This document shows, in pieces, positions 21,018-32,100 of a stretch of 39,174 bases of DNA. The notes under the pieces are model-generated. The model was not told the DNA's origin, did not search any database, and worked only from the letters and a program-made list of their open reading frames with translations. The stretch's first letter is position 1. Every line of letters starts with the position of its first letter. Location: positions 1 through 39,174 of the IMG/VR virus record IMGVR_UViG_3300012971_000014. The stretch is one strand, 5' to 3'. This DNA is from a virus. A program made the translations under genes and the position numbers.

Positions 21018-22849
21018 ACAACGACGCCAGCCGTTGGCACGCCGAGGACGTCGAGGATCCCGGCAAAGCCTTGATCGATTACGTGCGCGCGCTCGAGCGC
21101 TCGCAGCAGCAGATGATCGATCGGCGCCTGAAGTATGCGCGCCTCTATGACCGGAACGCGCGCATGGTCGGCGTTCACGGCCGGCCGCAGGCCATCGACT
21201 ACGGGGACCCACCGACAGAAAACATCGTCAGGAATAACATCGAGACCGCGACCGCGCTCCTCGGAAACGATCAGACCCGGGTCGCCGCGCTGACCGACGG
21301 CGCGGAATGGAGCGTCCAGCGCCGCGCCAAGCGCCTACAGAAATTCCTAGAGGCGCAATTCGAGGCCATCGGCTGGGACGCGCTGCAGGTTCGCATGGTG
21401 CGCTCTGCCGGCGTTTCCGGCGAAGGACACGTCAAGCTCGAGATCGAGAAGGGTAAGATCGTCGCGACGTATGTCCCATTCGACGAGATCATCGTCGACG
21501 ACGAGGCCTGCCGGTGCGGCCCTCCTGTCCAGCTCGCGCAGCGGCGTTTCGTGGACAAGGACGTCCTCAAGGCGCGTTATCCCGAGTACACCGACGAGAT
21601 CGATAAAGCGCACGTTTCCGATCCGACGTGGACCGCGATCCGCCGCGTCGAGCCGAACCACATTGCCGTCGTCGAGGCCTGGCACATCGTCTCAAATCGC
21701 CGCGTCCTCGCAATCGACGGCGCGACGCTCGCGGATAGCCGATGGTTGTATGACTTTTTCCCGTTTGTGACCTTCCGCTGGGTGCAGAGGCTTACGGGCT
21801 ATTACGGCTGCGGGCTCGCCGAGGAGCTGGTTTCGTACCAGCTCGGCGTCAACAAGACCAATGCCAACATTCACCTTTCGCACGCGCTTTTTGCCAATCA
21901 AAGGTTATTCGTACACAAGTCGGACCTGACTCTGACAAACAAGCTCGACGACGATCCCAGCAAAGCCATTCCGTATAGCTTAAAGCCCCCGATCCTTCCG
22001 ACGTGGCAAGCCGTCAAGCCCGAGATTTACAGCTACAAGGAGCAACTCAAATCCGACGCGCAGCGCTATTCGGGGATCCCCGACACCGCGGCGCGCGCAT
22101 TGAAACCCGTCGGCCTCGATTCAGGCGCGGCGCTTAGAGAATGGACCGACATCCAGGCCAGCCGCCTGACGACCCAGAAAGCGGAGATCGAGCGGCTAAA
22201 GATCAACGCTGCGCGCATCATCGTCGCTCTCGCGAAAGAGCTTTACGGGCGCGGCCAGAATGTCAGCGCGTATTGGAATTCGCGGAACCTCGCGAAAAAG
22301 ATCCAATGGTCGGAGGTCGATCTCGAGGAGGATATGTATGTCCTTCGCATCGAGCCGGCGTCGGCGATGTCCCGGACCCCGGCCGGTATGCGCCAGCTTG
22401 CAACCGAGCTTGCGCAGACGGGCGCCCTGCAACCGGAGGAGATTCTCCGATTGTGGGGAATCCCCGACGTCGAGCGCGCCCTCGACGTGGCGACCGCCTC
22501 GATTGAGGACATCGAGGCCGAGATCGAAGATCTCTATGACGGGGAATGGCGGCCGCCCGAGCCATTCATGGACCTGAAGATGGGCCTTAGCCGCGTTCAG
22601 AGCGCGTATCTCATGGCGCGCCGCGCCGGAGCTCCTCAGAAGATTTTGGATCTCCTGCAGATGTGGATGGTGCGCGCAAACCAGATGCTGACCGCCGGCC
22701 AGGCGCAGGCTCCGCAAGCCGCGCAGATGGCGGCCCTGCCATTCCAAGCGGGCATCGCCGCGCCTGGTGGCGTCGTCGGCGCACCGCCCGGAGTTCCGCC
22801 CATCGGCGCGCCCGGGGCACCGCCAGCCGCCGCGCCAGCCGCCGCCTAA
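21014..22849 (+). CDS. Portal protein (611 aa; by size and synteny)
   Basis: A large gene directly after TerL and before the scaffold and capsid genes, with a low-complexity A/P/G C-terminal tail. No motif-level proof. Confidence 0.75.
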   Translation: MNNDASRWHAEDVEDPGKALIDYVRALERSQQQMIDRRLKYARLYDRNARMVGVHGRPQAIDYGDPPTENIVRNNIETATALLGNDQTRVAALTDGAEWSVQRRAKRLQKFLEAQFEAIGWDALQVRMVRSAGVSGEGHVKLEIEKGKIVATYVPFDEIIVDDEACRCGPPVQLAQRRFVDKDVLKARYPEYTDEIDKAHVSDPTWTAIRRVEPNHIAVVEAWHIVSNRRVLAIDGATLADSRWLYDFFPFVTFRWVQRLTGYYGCGLAEELVSYQLGVNKTNANIHLSHALFANQRLFVHKSDLTLTNKLDDDPSKAIPYSLKPPILPTWQAVKPEIYSYKEQLKSDAQRYSGIPDTAARALKPVGLDSGAALREWTDIQASRLTTQKAEIERLKINAARIIVALAKELYGRGQNVSAYWNSRNLAKKIQWSEVDLEEDMYVLRIEPASAMSRTPAGMRQLATELAQTGALQPEEILRLWGIPDVERALDVATASIEDIEAEIEDLYDGEWRPPEPFMDLKMGLSRVQSAYLMARRAGAPQKILDLLQMWMVRANQMLTAGQAQAPQAAQMAALPFQAGIAAPGGVVGAPPGVPPIGAPGAPPAAAPAAA

Positions 22850-22864
22850 CCAAGGAAGCGAAAC

Positions 22865-23866
22865 ATGAGCGAAGCAGTCATCGCGCCGACCCCGGCGCCA
22901 GCGCCGACCCCTACCCCAGAGACCGCAGTGGCGCGCATGGAACGCGCCGCGCAGGCATTCTCCCAGCCGGCAACCGACGCAGCGCCGGCCGCGCCCGATG
23001 CGACCGACGCGCGGCCGGCGTTGCCGTCGACGCCCGAGGCGCCGGCGACGGAAGCAGTGCTCGCCAAGGAAGAGAGCGCGTCGACGATCATCCGCCAGCG
23101 GAACGAACTCGCCGACGCGCGCAAAGCCCTCGACGCCGAGCGCGCCCATTGGCGCAAGGAGCAGGCGGAACACAAGACGCGCATGGAAGCGATGGAGCGC
23201 GCGTTCTCGGACTTCGAGGCCGACCCCGCGGCGTTCGCCAAGGCCAAAGGCGGGAAACGGACGCTCATCGAGCTGGCGCGCGATCTGTACATCGAGGACG
23301 CCGAGATAGACAAGCTGCCGCCGGAGCAAGCGGCGCCGCTCAAAGCCGAGCGCGAGATGATGCGCATGCGGCGCGAGCAACAGAAAATGCAGGCCGAACT
23401 CGAGGCCACGCGCCAGGAGCACCGGCTCGCCATGTATCGCGGCCAGCTCTCCGCAGGCCTCGCCGGACTCGGCGACGAGACGCCGCTCGTCAAAGCCTTG
23501 GCGGCGACCGATCCGCAGATGGTGGTGGCGCAAATGGAGCGCGTGGCCGGCGAGCTGGCGCAATGCCGCCCGGACCTCGGGATCCAGTCGGCCGGGCAGC
23601 TGGCGACTCTTCTCGAGCCGCAGCTCCTCCGACAGCTCGAGGACACCGCGACGCGCTTTAAGGGTTTCTTTGAGAAGAAGTTCACCGGCGCGTCGGCGCC
23701 AGCTGCGAAAGCCGCGCCCAAGTCCGAGAGCAAGGCGCCGGAGGGCAAGGCGCCGGAGAAGACGCTATCACGCGACCTCCAGGCGGCGACGCCGGCGAGG
23801 ACGGGCAAGCTCACCGCGTCGGAGCGCATGGCGCTCGCCGTCAAGGCTCTCGAGGGACAAGCCTAA
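22865..23866 (+). CDS. Scaffolding protein (333 aa; by composition and synteny)
   Basis: Highly charged Ala/Glu/Arg-rich helical protein between the portal and capsid genes. Confidence 0.7.
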   Translation: MSEAVIAPTPAPAPTPTPETAVARMERAAQAFSQPATDAAPAAPDATDARPALPSTPEAPATEAVLAKEESASTIIRQRNELADARKALDAERAHWRKEQAEHKTRMEAMERAFSDFEADPAAFAKAKGGKRTLIELARDLYIEDAEIDKLPPEQAAPLKAEREMMRMRREQQKMQAELEATRQEHRLAMYRGQLSAGLAGLGDETPLVKALAATDPQMVVAQMERVAGELAQCRPDLGIQSAGQLATLLEPQLLRQLEDTATRFKGFFEKKFTGASAPAAKAAPKSESKAPEGKAPEKTLSRDLQAATPARTGKLTASERMALAVKALEGQA

Positions 23867-23954
23867 CCCGATTCAACGAATCCATGCGGGCGACGCGCGG
23901 GGCAATCCGGCCCCAGGCGCGTAGCCGGCCGTTTGCAATGAAGGAGCATGCCAG

Positions 23955-25190
23955 ATGCCCCCCCTTGGTCTCACCGACTATGACAAGATGCTAAAAATTC
24001 TCTACCCCGACGGTGAGGTAGAGAGCGCGGCGCTTCACGATTGCGTTTGGGCGCGGCGCGTGAAAAAGGTCGCGGACTTCTATGGCAAGGAGCTTGACTG
24101 GCCGCTGCCCTATGCGAATGGCGCCGGCCGATCCTCGACGTTTGCGACGGCCGTCGCGAACTCCAGCGCGCCGCTCTATGCCGGCTGGGTGCTGAAGCGC
24201 AAGCGCGATTATGTCGTCTGGGATGTCGACAATGAGACGCTCCACGCCAGCGAGAAGGACCGCGGCGCTTTCGTGGCTGCGCAGAAAAACCTCGCCGATA
24301 TGCATCTCGCCGAGATCGGGAGGTCGTTCTCCGTCGGCCTTTACGGCATCGGCGGCGGCTCGCTCGGGCAGATTGCCGCCGGCGGCATCACCGGCTCGGT
24401 CGCGACGCTGACCTACCAGCACGACAGCCGCAACTTCTATCCCGGCCAGAAGATCGACGTGTCAGCCGCCAACGATTCGACGGCGGCGGCGCGCGCCGGA
24501 TCACCGCTGACGGTGCAATCCGTCAATTACTCGCTGGGTCAGGTCACGTTCACCGCCGGCATCGTCGCCACCGTCGGCCTCGCCGTCCCCGGCGACTATC
24601 TGATTCAGCAGGGTGACGAGGCCGCGAAAATCAGCGGATTGGCGGGGTGGATACCAATTGCGGCACCGTCAGCCACACCGTTCAATGGTGTTGACAGGTC
24701 GAAGGACATCGAGCGGCTCGCCGGCTGGCGCGTGAACAACGCCGCCGGCGACATCGGCGATAACCTCATTACCCTCGGCCAGCTCGTCGCCGTCGGCCGG
24801 CCAGGAAAGAATCTCATCATCCTCATTAACCCGATCAATTTCGGGTCGCTGGTGAAGAGCATCTCCTCGAAAAACATGTATCCCAAGTACGGGACATCGG
24901 AGAAGGACGCCCAGTATTTGATCGGCGGCACCGGCGTCATGGTTGCGCTCTCGGCCGGCATGGCCGAGGTCGTCGTTGACGCCGATTGCCCGGGCGGCCT
25001 CGGCTGGCTCCTCGACGAGGACACTTGGGTGTTTCACTCGCTGAAGGAGGTTCCGCACCTCGCCACGGAGGATGGTCGGGACTCGGCTCGCGGCGTCAAC
25101 ACCGACTCGATCCAGGTCCGCGCGCGGTACTGGGGCGATTTGCTCTGCCTCAATCCGCACAAGAACGGCGTCTTCGCTTGCCAGGCATAG
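23955..25190 (+). CDS. Major capsid protein (411 aa; by synteny)
   Basis: GAAGGAG RBS upstream. Order TerL-portal-scaffold-this gene, with size typical of P22-like/HK97-fold coat proteins. Confidence 0.75.
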   Translation: MPPLGLTDYDKMLKILYPDGEVESAALHDCVWARRVKKVADFYGKELDWPLPYANGAGRSSTFATAVANSSAPLYAGWVLKRKRDYVVWDVDNETLHASEKDRGAFVAAQKNLADMHLAEIGRSFSVGLYGIGGGSLGQIAAGGITGSVATLTYQHDSRNFYPGQKIDVSAANDSTAAARAGSPLTVQSVNYSLGQVTFTAGIVATVGLAVPGDYLIQQGDEAAKISGLAGWIPIAAPSATPFNGVDRSKDIERLAGWRVNNAAGDIGDNLITLGQLVAVGRPGKNLIILINPINFGSLVKSISSKNMYPKYGTSEKDAQYLIGGTGVMVALSAGMAEVVVDADCPGGLGWLLDEDTWVFHSLKEVPHLATEDGRDSARGVNTDSIQVRARYWGDLLCLNPHKNGVFACQA

Positions 25191-25199
25191 AGGGCTGTC

Positions 25200-25604
25200 A
25201 TGACCCAGATGCTGAATCCCCTGGCGACGGCCGGCACCGATCTGGTGCTCGTCGTCGGGTCTTTCTTGCCGAACGGCTCGACGGCAGGCGCAATCGCGGC
25301 GGCGAATATCACCAACGGGCGCGAGTTTGTCTCGATCAGTCGCACCGGTGTCGGGACCTTTCTCATCACATTCACGGAGTATTATCCCCAACTCGTCTCG
25401 AAATGGGCCGAGATCCAGGCGAATGCTCCCATCGATTTGAAGCCACAATTCGGGGCATACACCGCGGGCAGCGGGCCGCCGATGGTGAACGCCAAGATCG
25501 TGCTTTCGCTCCTGACGGCCGGCGCGGCGGCCGACATGGCGGCGAACGCGAATAACCGCGTCTCCTTCGGGTTTGTCTTCCGCAAAACGTCGGTGCAGAC
25601 GTGA
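25200..25604 (+). CDS. small virion-module protein, paralogue A (134 aa)
   Basis: Aligns by eye with the next gene: LATAG.D..LVVGSF.PNG, RT.VG.F, KW, GAYTA, S.GFVFR.TS. Confidence 0.75.
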   Translation: MTQMLNPLATAGTDLVLVVGSFLPNGSTAGAIAAANITNGREFVSISRTGVGTFLITFTEYYPQLVSKWAEIQANAPIDLKPQFGAYTAGSGPPMVNAKIVLSLLTAGAAADMAANANNRVSFGFVFRKTSVQT

Positions 25605-25993
25605 GCTTGATCCTCGGCCAGAGGCTCGCCACGGCCGGCCGGGATCAAATCCTCGTCGTAGGGAGCTTTCGCCCGAACGGTCTTAATCCGCCGCTCGACC
25701 TCTATCAGGGGTCCGAGCTTTTCAGCTTGACGCGCACCGCTGTCGGCGTCTTTACCCTCGTCTTCCTCGAGAGCTATACGACGCTGATCGCCAAATGGGT
25801 GGATCTCGCCTTGCCGGCGCCGGCGAATACCTATGCGCAATGCGGCGCCTACACGGCACCCGATCCGACGAGCGGCGTTCGCGGCCAGATCGTGATCTCG
25901 ACGCTGGCCGGCGCGACGCCCACCGATGTCGCCGCCTCCCCGAACGCGCGGCTTTCCTATGGCTTTGTGTTCCGAGACACGTCACTCGTGTGA
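25601..25993 (+). CDS. small virion-module protein, paralogue B (130 aa, GTG start)
   Basis: GTGA overlap with the paralogue A stop. Roughly 40 percent identity to paralogue A by eye. Confidence 0.75.
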   Translation: MSLILGQRLATAGRDQILVVGSFRPNGLNPPLDLYQGSELFSLTRTAVGVFTLVFLESYTTLIAKWVDLALPAPANTYAQCGAYTAPDPTSGVRGQIVISTLAGATPTDVAASPNARLSYGFVFRDTSLV

Positions 25994-26002
25994 GGTCCAA
26001 TC

Positions 26003-26257
26003 ATGGCCGACGATCCCAAAAAGGCGCTGGTGATGGTGCTCGGCAAGCCCAAGGGAGATCTTGGCGCTGCTGATGCCGGCGGCGAGGACAAGCCCAGCGG
26101 CGATTACGACGATGATTTGAAGACCGCGCTCGGCGATCTGGCCTCGGCGCTCGGCGTCACCGTCGAGGACGAGGACAAGGGCATCGAGGCCCTGAAGACC
26201 ATCCACGATTGCTGTGCGCGCATGATGGGTGAGCCGGAGGGTGACGAGGAGATATAA
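26003..26257 (+). CDS. small acidic protein (84 aa)
   Basis: GAGG RBS upstream. Asp/Glu-rich. TAATG overlap with the next gene. Confidence 0.65.
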   Translation: MADDPKKALVMVLGKPKGDLGAADAGGEDKPSGDYDDDLKTALGDLASALGVTVEDEDKGIEALKTIHDCCARMMGEPEGDEEI

Positions 26258-26964
26258 TGGCGCGCTCGTTCACCCTGGCGCAGATCCGCGATCGCGTGCG
26301 TGAGCTCGTCGACGCCGAGCAAATGCGCGCGGTCTCCGACGCCGAGATCAATCGCCGCATCTCCTCGAGCTATGCGCGGTATTACGCGAAGCTCGTGCGC
26401 ACGGGTCTTGGATTCCCAAACGAGATCACCGCGACCATCACCACCACGTCGGGTGTCGATACCTACGCGCTGCCGCCCGATCATTTCTCAACGATGCGCA
26501 TCGATCTCATCTCGAGCGGCATCTACATCCCGATCGAGGAGATCGACATCCGCGAGATTCACCAGGCGCAGGCGGCCGGCAGTCCGGCATCGTTCTATCG
26601 CCTCGCCGGGCCGAACCTCATTCTCTATCCACCGCCGTCGGCCGGCGATAGCTATCGCCATATCTACGCGCCCGCGCCCGACGATCTGACCACTGACACC
26701 CAGACCCTCGACGGCGTGTGCGGCTGGGAGGAGGCGGTCATCCTCGACGCCGCCATCCGCACCGCCATGAAATGGGAGGGGGACACCAACGACCTCCGGG
26801 CCGAGCGCAACGCACTCGACGAGCGCATCGACGAGGAGGTGCAGCTCCGGTCGATCAACACCGCGAAGCGCATCGTGCTCACGCACTGGCGGCGGCGATG
26901 GGATGATACCTGGGATCGCGGCGACCCCGACGACCCGTCGAATTACTGGCCCTGGTACCGATGA
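26257..26964 (+). CDS. virion structural protein, possible head-tail adaptor (235 aa)
   Basis: Positioned between the head genes and the tail fibre. No diagnostic motif. Confidence 0.55.
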   Translation: MARSFTLAQIRDRVRELVDAEQMRAVSDAEINRRISSSYARYYAKLVRTGLGFPNEITATITTTSGVDTYALPPDHFSTMRIDLISSGIYIPIEEIDIREIHQAQAAGSPASFYRLAGPNLILYPPPSAGDSYRHIYAPAPDDLTTDTQTLDGVCGWEEAVILDAAIRTAMKWEGDTNDLRAERNALDERIDEEVQLRSINTAKRIVLTHWRRRWDDTWDRGDPDDPSNYWPWYR

Positions 26965-28592
26965 CTGGGAAGATCGGCCAGACGATGCGGTCGGCGCAGC
27001 CGGAGGTTATCGCCGGCGCGCCGACGCCGCGCTATTGGGATGTCCGGCGCGCATGGGATCGCGAGGTCAAGGAGGCCATCGAGGGCGGCGCCAGCACTGG
27101 AGATCTCCCCGATACCGGCGTCACGCCTGGAGCCTATACGCTCGCCAACCTGACCGTCGACGCCAAGGGGCGCCTCACTGCCGCGTCAAATGGTACCGTT
27201 CCGCCGCTCTCGTCGACTGGCGTGACGCCTGGATCGTACACGCTCACCGCTCTGACGGTCGGCGCCGACGGGCGCATCAGCGCGGCGGCGAATGGCGTGA
27301 TCGGTGCGGGCGACCTCCCGACGAGCGGGGTCACTGCGGGATCCTATACGCTCACCGCGCTCACCGTCGATAGCAAAGGCAGGATCACCGCGGCGGCGAA
27401 CGGCTCGATCCCGAACACGAGCGTTACCCCTGGAACCTACACCCATACGACACTGACCGTCGGTGCGGATGGCCGTTTGACCGCCGCATCCAGCGGAACG
27501 ATTGCTGTATCGGATCTGCCATCGAGCGGGGTTGGCGCCGGCTCATATACGCTCAGCAACATCACCGTCGACGCCAAGGGTCGCGTCACTGCCGCAGCCA
27601 ACGGCACGATCCCAAATACGACCGTCACGCCAGGGACATACACGCACACGACGCTGACGGTCGGCGCCGATGGCAGGCTCACCGCGGCATCCAGCGGAAC
27701 GATCACCACGACTGATCTCCCGAATACCGCGGTTACTCCGGGCTCGTATACCCTGACCAACCTGACCGTCGACGCCAAGGGGCGCCTCACTGCCGCGTCA
27801 AATGGCACGATCCCGAATACTGCCGTGACCGCGGGATCCTACACACTGGCCAATATCACCGTCGGCGCCGACGGGCGGCTGACCGCAGCGGCGAACGGCA
27901 CGATCCCGAATACCGCGGTCACGCCGGGGACGTACACCCATACGACGCTGACCGTCGGCGCGGATGGTCGTTTGACCGCGGCCTCTAACGGTACGATTGC
28001 CGTGGCTGACCTGCCGGCGAGCGGCGTGACGGCGGCCTCCTATACGCTGACGAATCTGACCGTCGACGCGAAAGGAAGAATCACCGCAGCGTCGAACGGC
28101 ACTATACCGGCATCCGGCGTCACCGCTGGCACGTATGCGCCGCCGACGTCGATCACCGTCGGCGCCGATGGCCGGATTACTGCGGCCGCGTCAGCGGCGG
28201 TGATCCTGGTTATTGATGCGGCTGCGTTTCAGCTGTATGCGGGAAGCAGCGCCAAGCTAGACGGAAACAAGGGCTGGATCTCGGGCACGTCGGATTCATG
28301 GGTGATGGCGGCGATCACCCTGCCCGTGGGTCAGACCATTTCCAAAATAGAGTGCGCGATGCACGGTGACACAACCGGCGCCCTCGAGTGCGACCTTTAT
28401 TCGCGAAGCACGGCCGGCGCCGCGATCAGCATCGCCCTTGCGACGACGGCCAGCGCCAATACCGATCAGACGATCACGATCACCCCAACGTCGCTAACGA
28501 CGGCCAGTAACCTGAGTTATTCGATCGTCGCTTATCTCAAAGGCGCCGCCACGCCGACGGGAGCAATTCGTTTCGCAATGGTCTATCGCTGA
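26961..28592 (+). CDS. Tail fibre protein with 11 tandem ~31-36-aa repeats (543 aa)
   Basis: Repeating G-x-Y-T-x-x-x-(L/I)-T-V-(D/G)-A-x-G-R-(L/I/V)-T-A-A motif, as in phage tail-fibre repeat families, plus a non-repetitive C-terminal ~130 aa (likely receptor-binding end). Confidence 0.85.
   Translation: MTGKIGQTMRSAQPEVIAGAPTPRYWDVRRAWDREVKEAIEGGASTGDLPDTGVTPGAYTLANLTVDAKGRLTAASNGTVPPLSSTGVTPGSYTLTALTVGADGRISAAANGVIGAGDLPTSGVTAGSYTLTALTVDSKGRITAAANGSIPNTSVTPGTYTHTTLTVGADGRLTAASSGTIAVSDLPSSGVGAGSYTLSNITVDAKGRVTAAANGTIPNTTVTPGTYTHTTLTVGADGRLTAASSGTITTTDLPNTAVTPGSYTLTNLTVDAKGRLTAASNGTIPNTAVTAGSYTLANITVGADGRLTAAANGTIPNTAVTPGTYTHTTLTVGADGRLTAASNGTIAVADLPASGVTAASYTLTNLTVDAKGRITAASNGTIPASGVTAGTYAPPTSITVGADGRITAAASAAVILVIDAAAFQLYAGSSAKLDGNKGWISGTSDSWVMAAITLPVGQTISKIECAMHGDTTGALECDLYSRSTAGAAISIALATTASANTDQTITITPTSLTTASNLSYSIVAYLKGAATPTGAIRFAMVYR
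27117..28196 (+). repeat. coding tandem repeat region of the tail fibre (11 units)
   Basis: Units alternate TVDAKGR and TVGADGR types. A 49-nt perfect duplicate occurs at 27145-27193 and 27757-27805. Confidence 0.85.
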
Positions 28593-28601
28593 GGATGGCA
28601 A

Positions 28602-29192
28602 ATGGCTGGATTTGGAACCGCACCGACATCACCGCTGCCGATCGTCGGCGTCACCATCGGGCCGCAGTGGGCCTCGATGGAGGTCGCTGCGATATCGGAG
28701 CTCCAGTCGATCGTTACGAACAAACTCAGCGGCGCGCAGATCGACATCGGCACTGACGGTGAACTCAAGCATGGGCTGCGCACAGTGCGCCTTGGGATCT
28801 CCCAAGCGGCGGCGGTCGTCGGAGCGACGCTCGGCGGCGCGACGATCGGGGCCGAATATCGCCAGGCGGCATCCGGCACTGATGAGGTCGCCTGGGATCT
28901 GGAACTGGCCGACAATGATCGTCTTCGCGAGGTGTCGATTTACGGCGAGGTCGCGACGGCCATCCCATGGGTCGTCTGGCTCTACATCATGGATCCGCTG
29001 GCGGGTACTGCTACGCCATTCGGATCGTCGGTCTCGAGTTCGAACGTGGCCGGTCGTAGCAAGGTGACGATCACGGGATTTACGACGACGCTGGCGAGTC
29101 CGAAGATCTATCGCATTCGCTGGGTGTCTGGCGCGGCTAACAACAAGGTCCGCGCCGCTGAGTACAAGTTCGACAAGGTCGCGACGCCATGA
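28602..29192 (+). CDS. tail-associated hypothetical protein (196 aa)
   Basis: GAGGA RBS 6 nt upstream. Lies between the tail fibre and the 1078-aa tail protein. Confidence 0.7.
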   Translation: MAGFGTAPTSPLPIVGVTIGPQWASMEVAAISELQSIVTNKLSGAQIDIGTDGELKHGLRTVRLGISQAAAVVGATLGGATIGAEYRQAASGTDEVAWDLELADNDRLREVSIYGEVATAIPWVVWLYIMDPLAGTATPFGSSVSSSNVAGRSKVTITGFTTTLASPKIYRIRWVSGAANNKVRAAEYKFDKVATP

Positions 29193-32100
29193 CCGCGCCC
29201 AAGCGAGAATTAGTGCCGTTTCAGTGGACGAAAGTGCCGGTGCCGTTCGTCGGCGGCGTCGATACGCGCACCGATCGCAAGCTCATTCAGCCGCCCAAGC
29301 TCGGCCTCCTCGAGAACGCGGTTTTCACGACGCCAGGCGTTCTGCGCAAACGGTATGGTTACGCCAAGCTCGCGGATCTGGCGATCGACGTCGCGACGTT
29401 CGGGCCGATGCCCACCGATTCAACCGCCATCGGCCCGAACCCGGCGTTTTACGATCAGCCGGTCACCGACGGCCGGTCGCTCTTCACTCGCGCCGGATCG
29501 CTTTGGCTGCGAGGTCAGGAGAATTTTTACTCGCTGTCACCGGACCGCCAGCGCTGGCAACGCGAGGCCGACATTCCTAATACGCACTTTGTCTACGGGC
29601 CGCGCCGCTACACCGATCTCGGAGCGCCGGGTGTCGAGACCCGCGTGAATTTTACCAAGCGCGCCACGACGGGCGGCGTCACCTTGATCATGCATGACAT
29701 TGGCGGTGAGGAGCAAAAGCTCCTTTGCATTTTCCTTGATGCCAATGGCACCGAACTGAATCGCATCATGTTCGATGGTTACGTTGCTGCACGCGTCGTC
29801 GTCGTCGATCAAATGTTCTGCATTTTCGTCTATGCCGATGGGTATATCGGCATGGTGTCCTTTGATGCGCCTCCGATACTGACCGGGAATCCGCTGATTT
29901 ATCGCGAATCCTGGTTTGTCGCCGATTCAGCCGGCGCCAGTATCGGCACGACCGCATTCGATGCCAAGCTCGCGCCGAATGGCCAGATTCTTTTTGTCTA
30001 CGAACCGTCGACGGCGAACACGCTAAAGTATGGCTATGTCGATCGCAATGGATCTGCGTCCTCAATGTCGGTCCTCGCGGTGCCAGCAAATCCGACGAGC
30101 GTTGCCTGCGCGGTCGAACCCACGACCGGCAATTTCCTTATTTCGTGGGCCGATGGCACGTCAACATACGCGCAGATGTTCAACGCGGCCAAGGTGCAGA
30201 TCGTTGCGCGTACGCTCGTTGGCACGAGTGCCCGCAATGTCGTTTGCGCTTTCCGTAACCCGACGCTGACCGACATCTTTTCCGATCGCGATCTGGTGAC
30301 GCCGCATCAATATGGTGCCATTGACAAAGCGACGCTCACCACCGGCGGCGCGGCCACACTTACCCCGAATTGGCTGCGCCACGCTTTTCTCATCAGCGAA
30401 CCCTGGATCATCGCCGGCAAGTCATACGTCTTGACCGGCCGGCCGATCCCCTACACGAGTTTCAACCCAGCGGCGCCTAAGCCAATCCCTGCGCAGCGCA
30501 CAGCATTCCTTGTCGTCTCCGGCGGCGTCCGCGACCCCATGGTGCTCGGCGCTGCGTACCCTGGCGAAACAGATAGCGGAATGGCGCCCGAGGTTCTGGT
30601 TATTAGCACGCCTATCCCCGCCGATACCGTCGGATCCGTTGTTTGGCTTACGCCCAGACTATTGAAGGACGAGGATCCGGTTAACCCGTCGCCGTCGTCG
30701 GGCCAAACCTACGCCGGCCAGCTCGGCGTCGACTACAGCCGGACGCCGGACTTCGTCGAGGCCGGCGGCGGCTCATACCTATCGGGGTCGGCGCTCTGGC
30801 TTTGCGATGGCGAGAACATCGTGGAGTCGGGATTCTGGGAATTCCCCGAGTTCGATAACTCCGCGGATTATGTCACCAAGGGCACGGCGGGCAGCCTCGT
30901 AACGGGGTCGTATTCGTACCGCGCCTACTACGAATGGACGTCGGCGACCGGCGAGGTGTATCAATCGGCGACCGGTGCCGATGTCGTCGTGACGTTCGCC
31001 TCGGGCACGACGAATTCGGCCACGATCAAGGTCCCGACGCTCACGCATACGCTGAAAGACCATGTCCAGGTGACGCTCTATCGGACGCTCCTAAACGGGA
31101 CGGTCTTCCATCTCGTCGCGCGCGTCGATAACGATCCAACCGTCGACTATGTCTCGATCACCGACGGCATGGCTGATCAATCGGCGCAGTATCAGCCGTT
31201 CGACTATCGCTCGAGCGCGCCGCCGGAGCTCCTGAACGTCGCGCCGCCAGGGTGCACGACGATCGCGGTCGGGAACACGCGGGTCTTCGCATCGGGATTC
31301 GAGGATCCTAACCTGGTTCTCGCTTCGAAGCTCCGCGGCTTTCTCGAGGCCTTGAATTGGAATCCCGTCCTCGCGATCCAACTCCCAGAGGCGAACGGCG
31401 AGCCGGTGGCCGCGCTGGCGTCGCTCGGCGATGCGCTGATCGCGTTCCGGCCGACGCATACATACGTGATCGGCGGCGACGGCCCGGATAACGTCGGCCT
31501 TAGCGGGTCTTTCATGCCGCCGCGCATCGTCTCGGATGACATCGGCTGCAGCGGCGCCGGCGCGGTCGTGCGCGTGCCCATCGGGCTCCTTTTCGATTCG
31601 CAGAAAGGGATCTATGCCCTCGGCGGAGACATGGGGATCTCGTACATCGGCGCCGACGTCGAGGGGTATAACAGCGCAACGGTGCTGGCGGCGGTCTCGC
31701 TCCCGGATCGCCACGAGGCGCGCTTTACGCTCTCGACGGGCCGCACCCTGCTATTTGACTATCTGGCGCGCCAGTGGTCGGTGTTCACGGTCGGCGGCAT
31801 CCATGCGGTCATCTGGCAGGGACGCCACGTCTATCTCCCGGCCGCCGATCAGGGCGCGCGCGCCGAGACCATTGGCGCATTCCTCGACGATGGCCAGCCT
31901 TACGGTTGGGCATGGGAGATCGCCTGGATTCACGTCGGCGAGAACCAGAATCATCAGCGGGTGCGCACGATCCAACTCCTCGGCGAATGGATCGGCGATC
32001 ACTCTGCGGAGGTTTGGATCGCCTACAACTACGAACAGGCCTGGAGCGACCGCATCACCATCGACATGGCGGCGGTGATAAACGGCGAACATTTTGGCGA

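Noticed and set aside
26961-28592. The repeat-rich tail fibre could be a target of a diversity-generating retroelement.
   Set aside because: There is no reverse transcriptase gene anywhere in the window, and no separate template repeat with adenine-specific mismatches to the fibre C-terminus.
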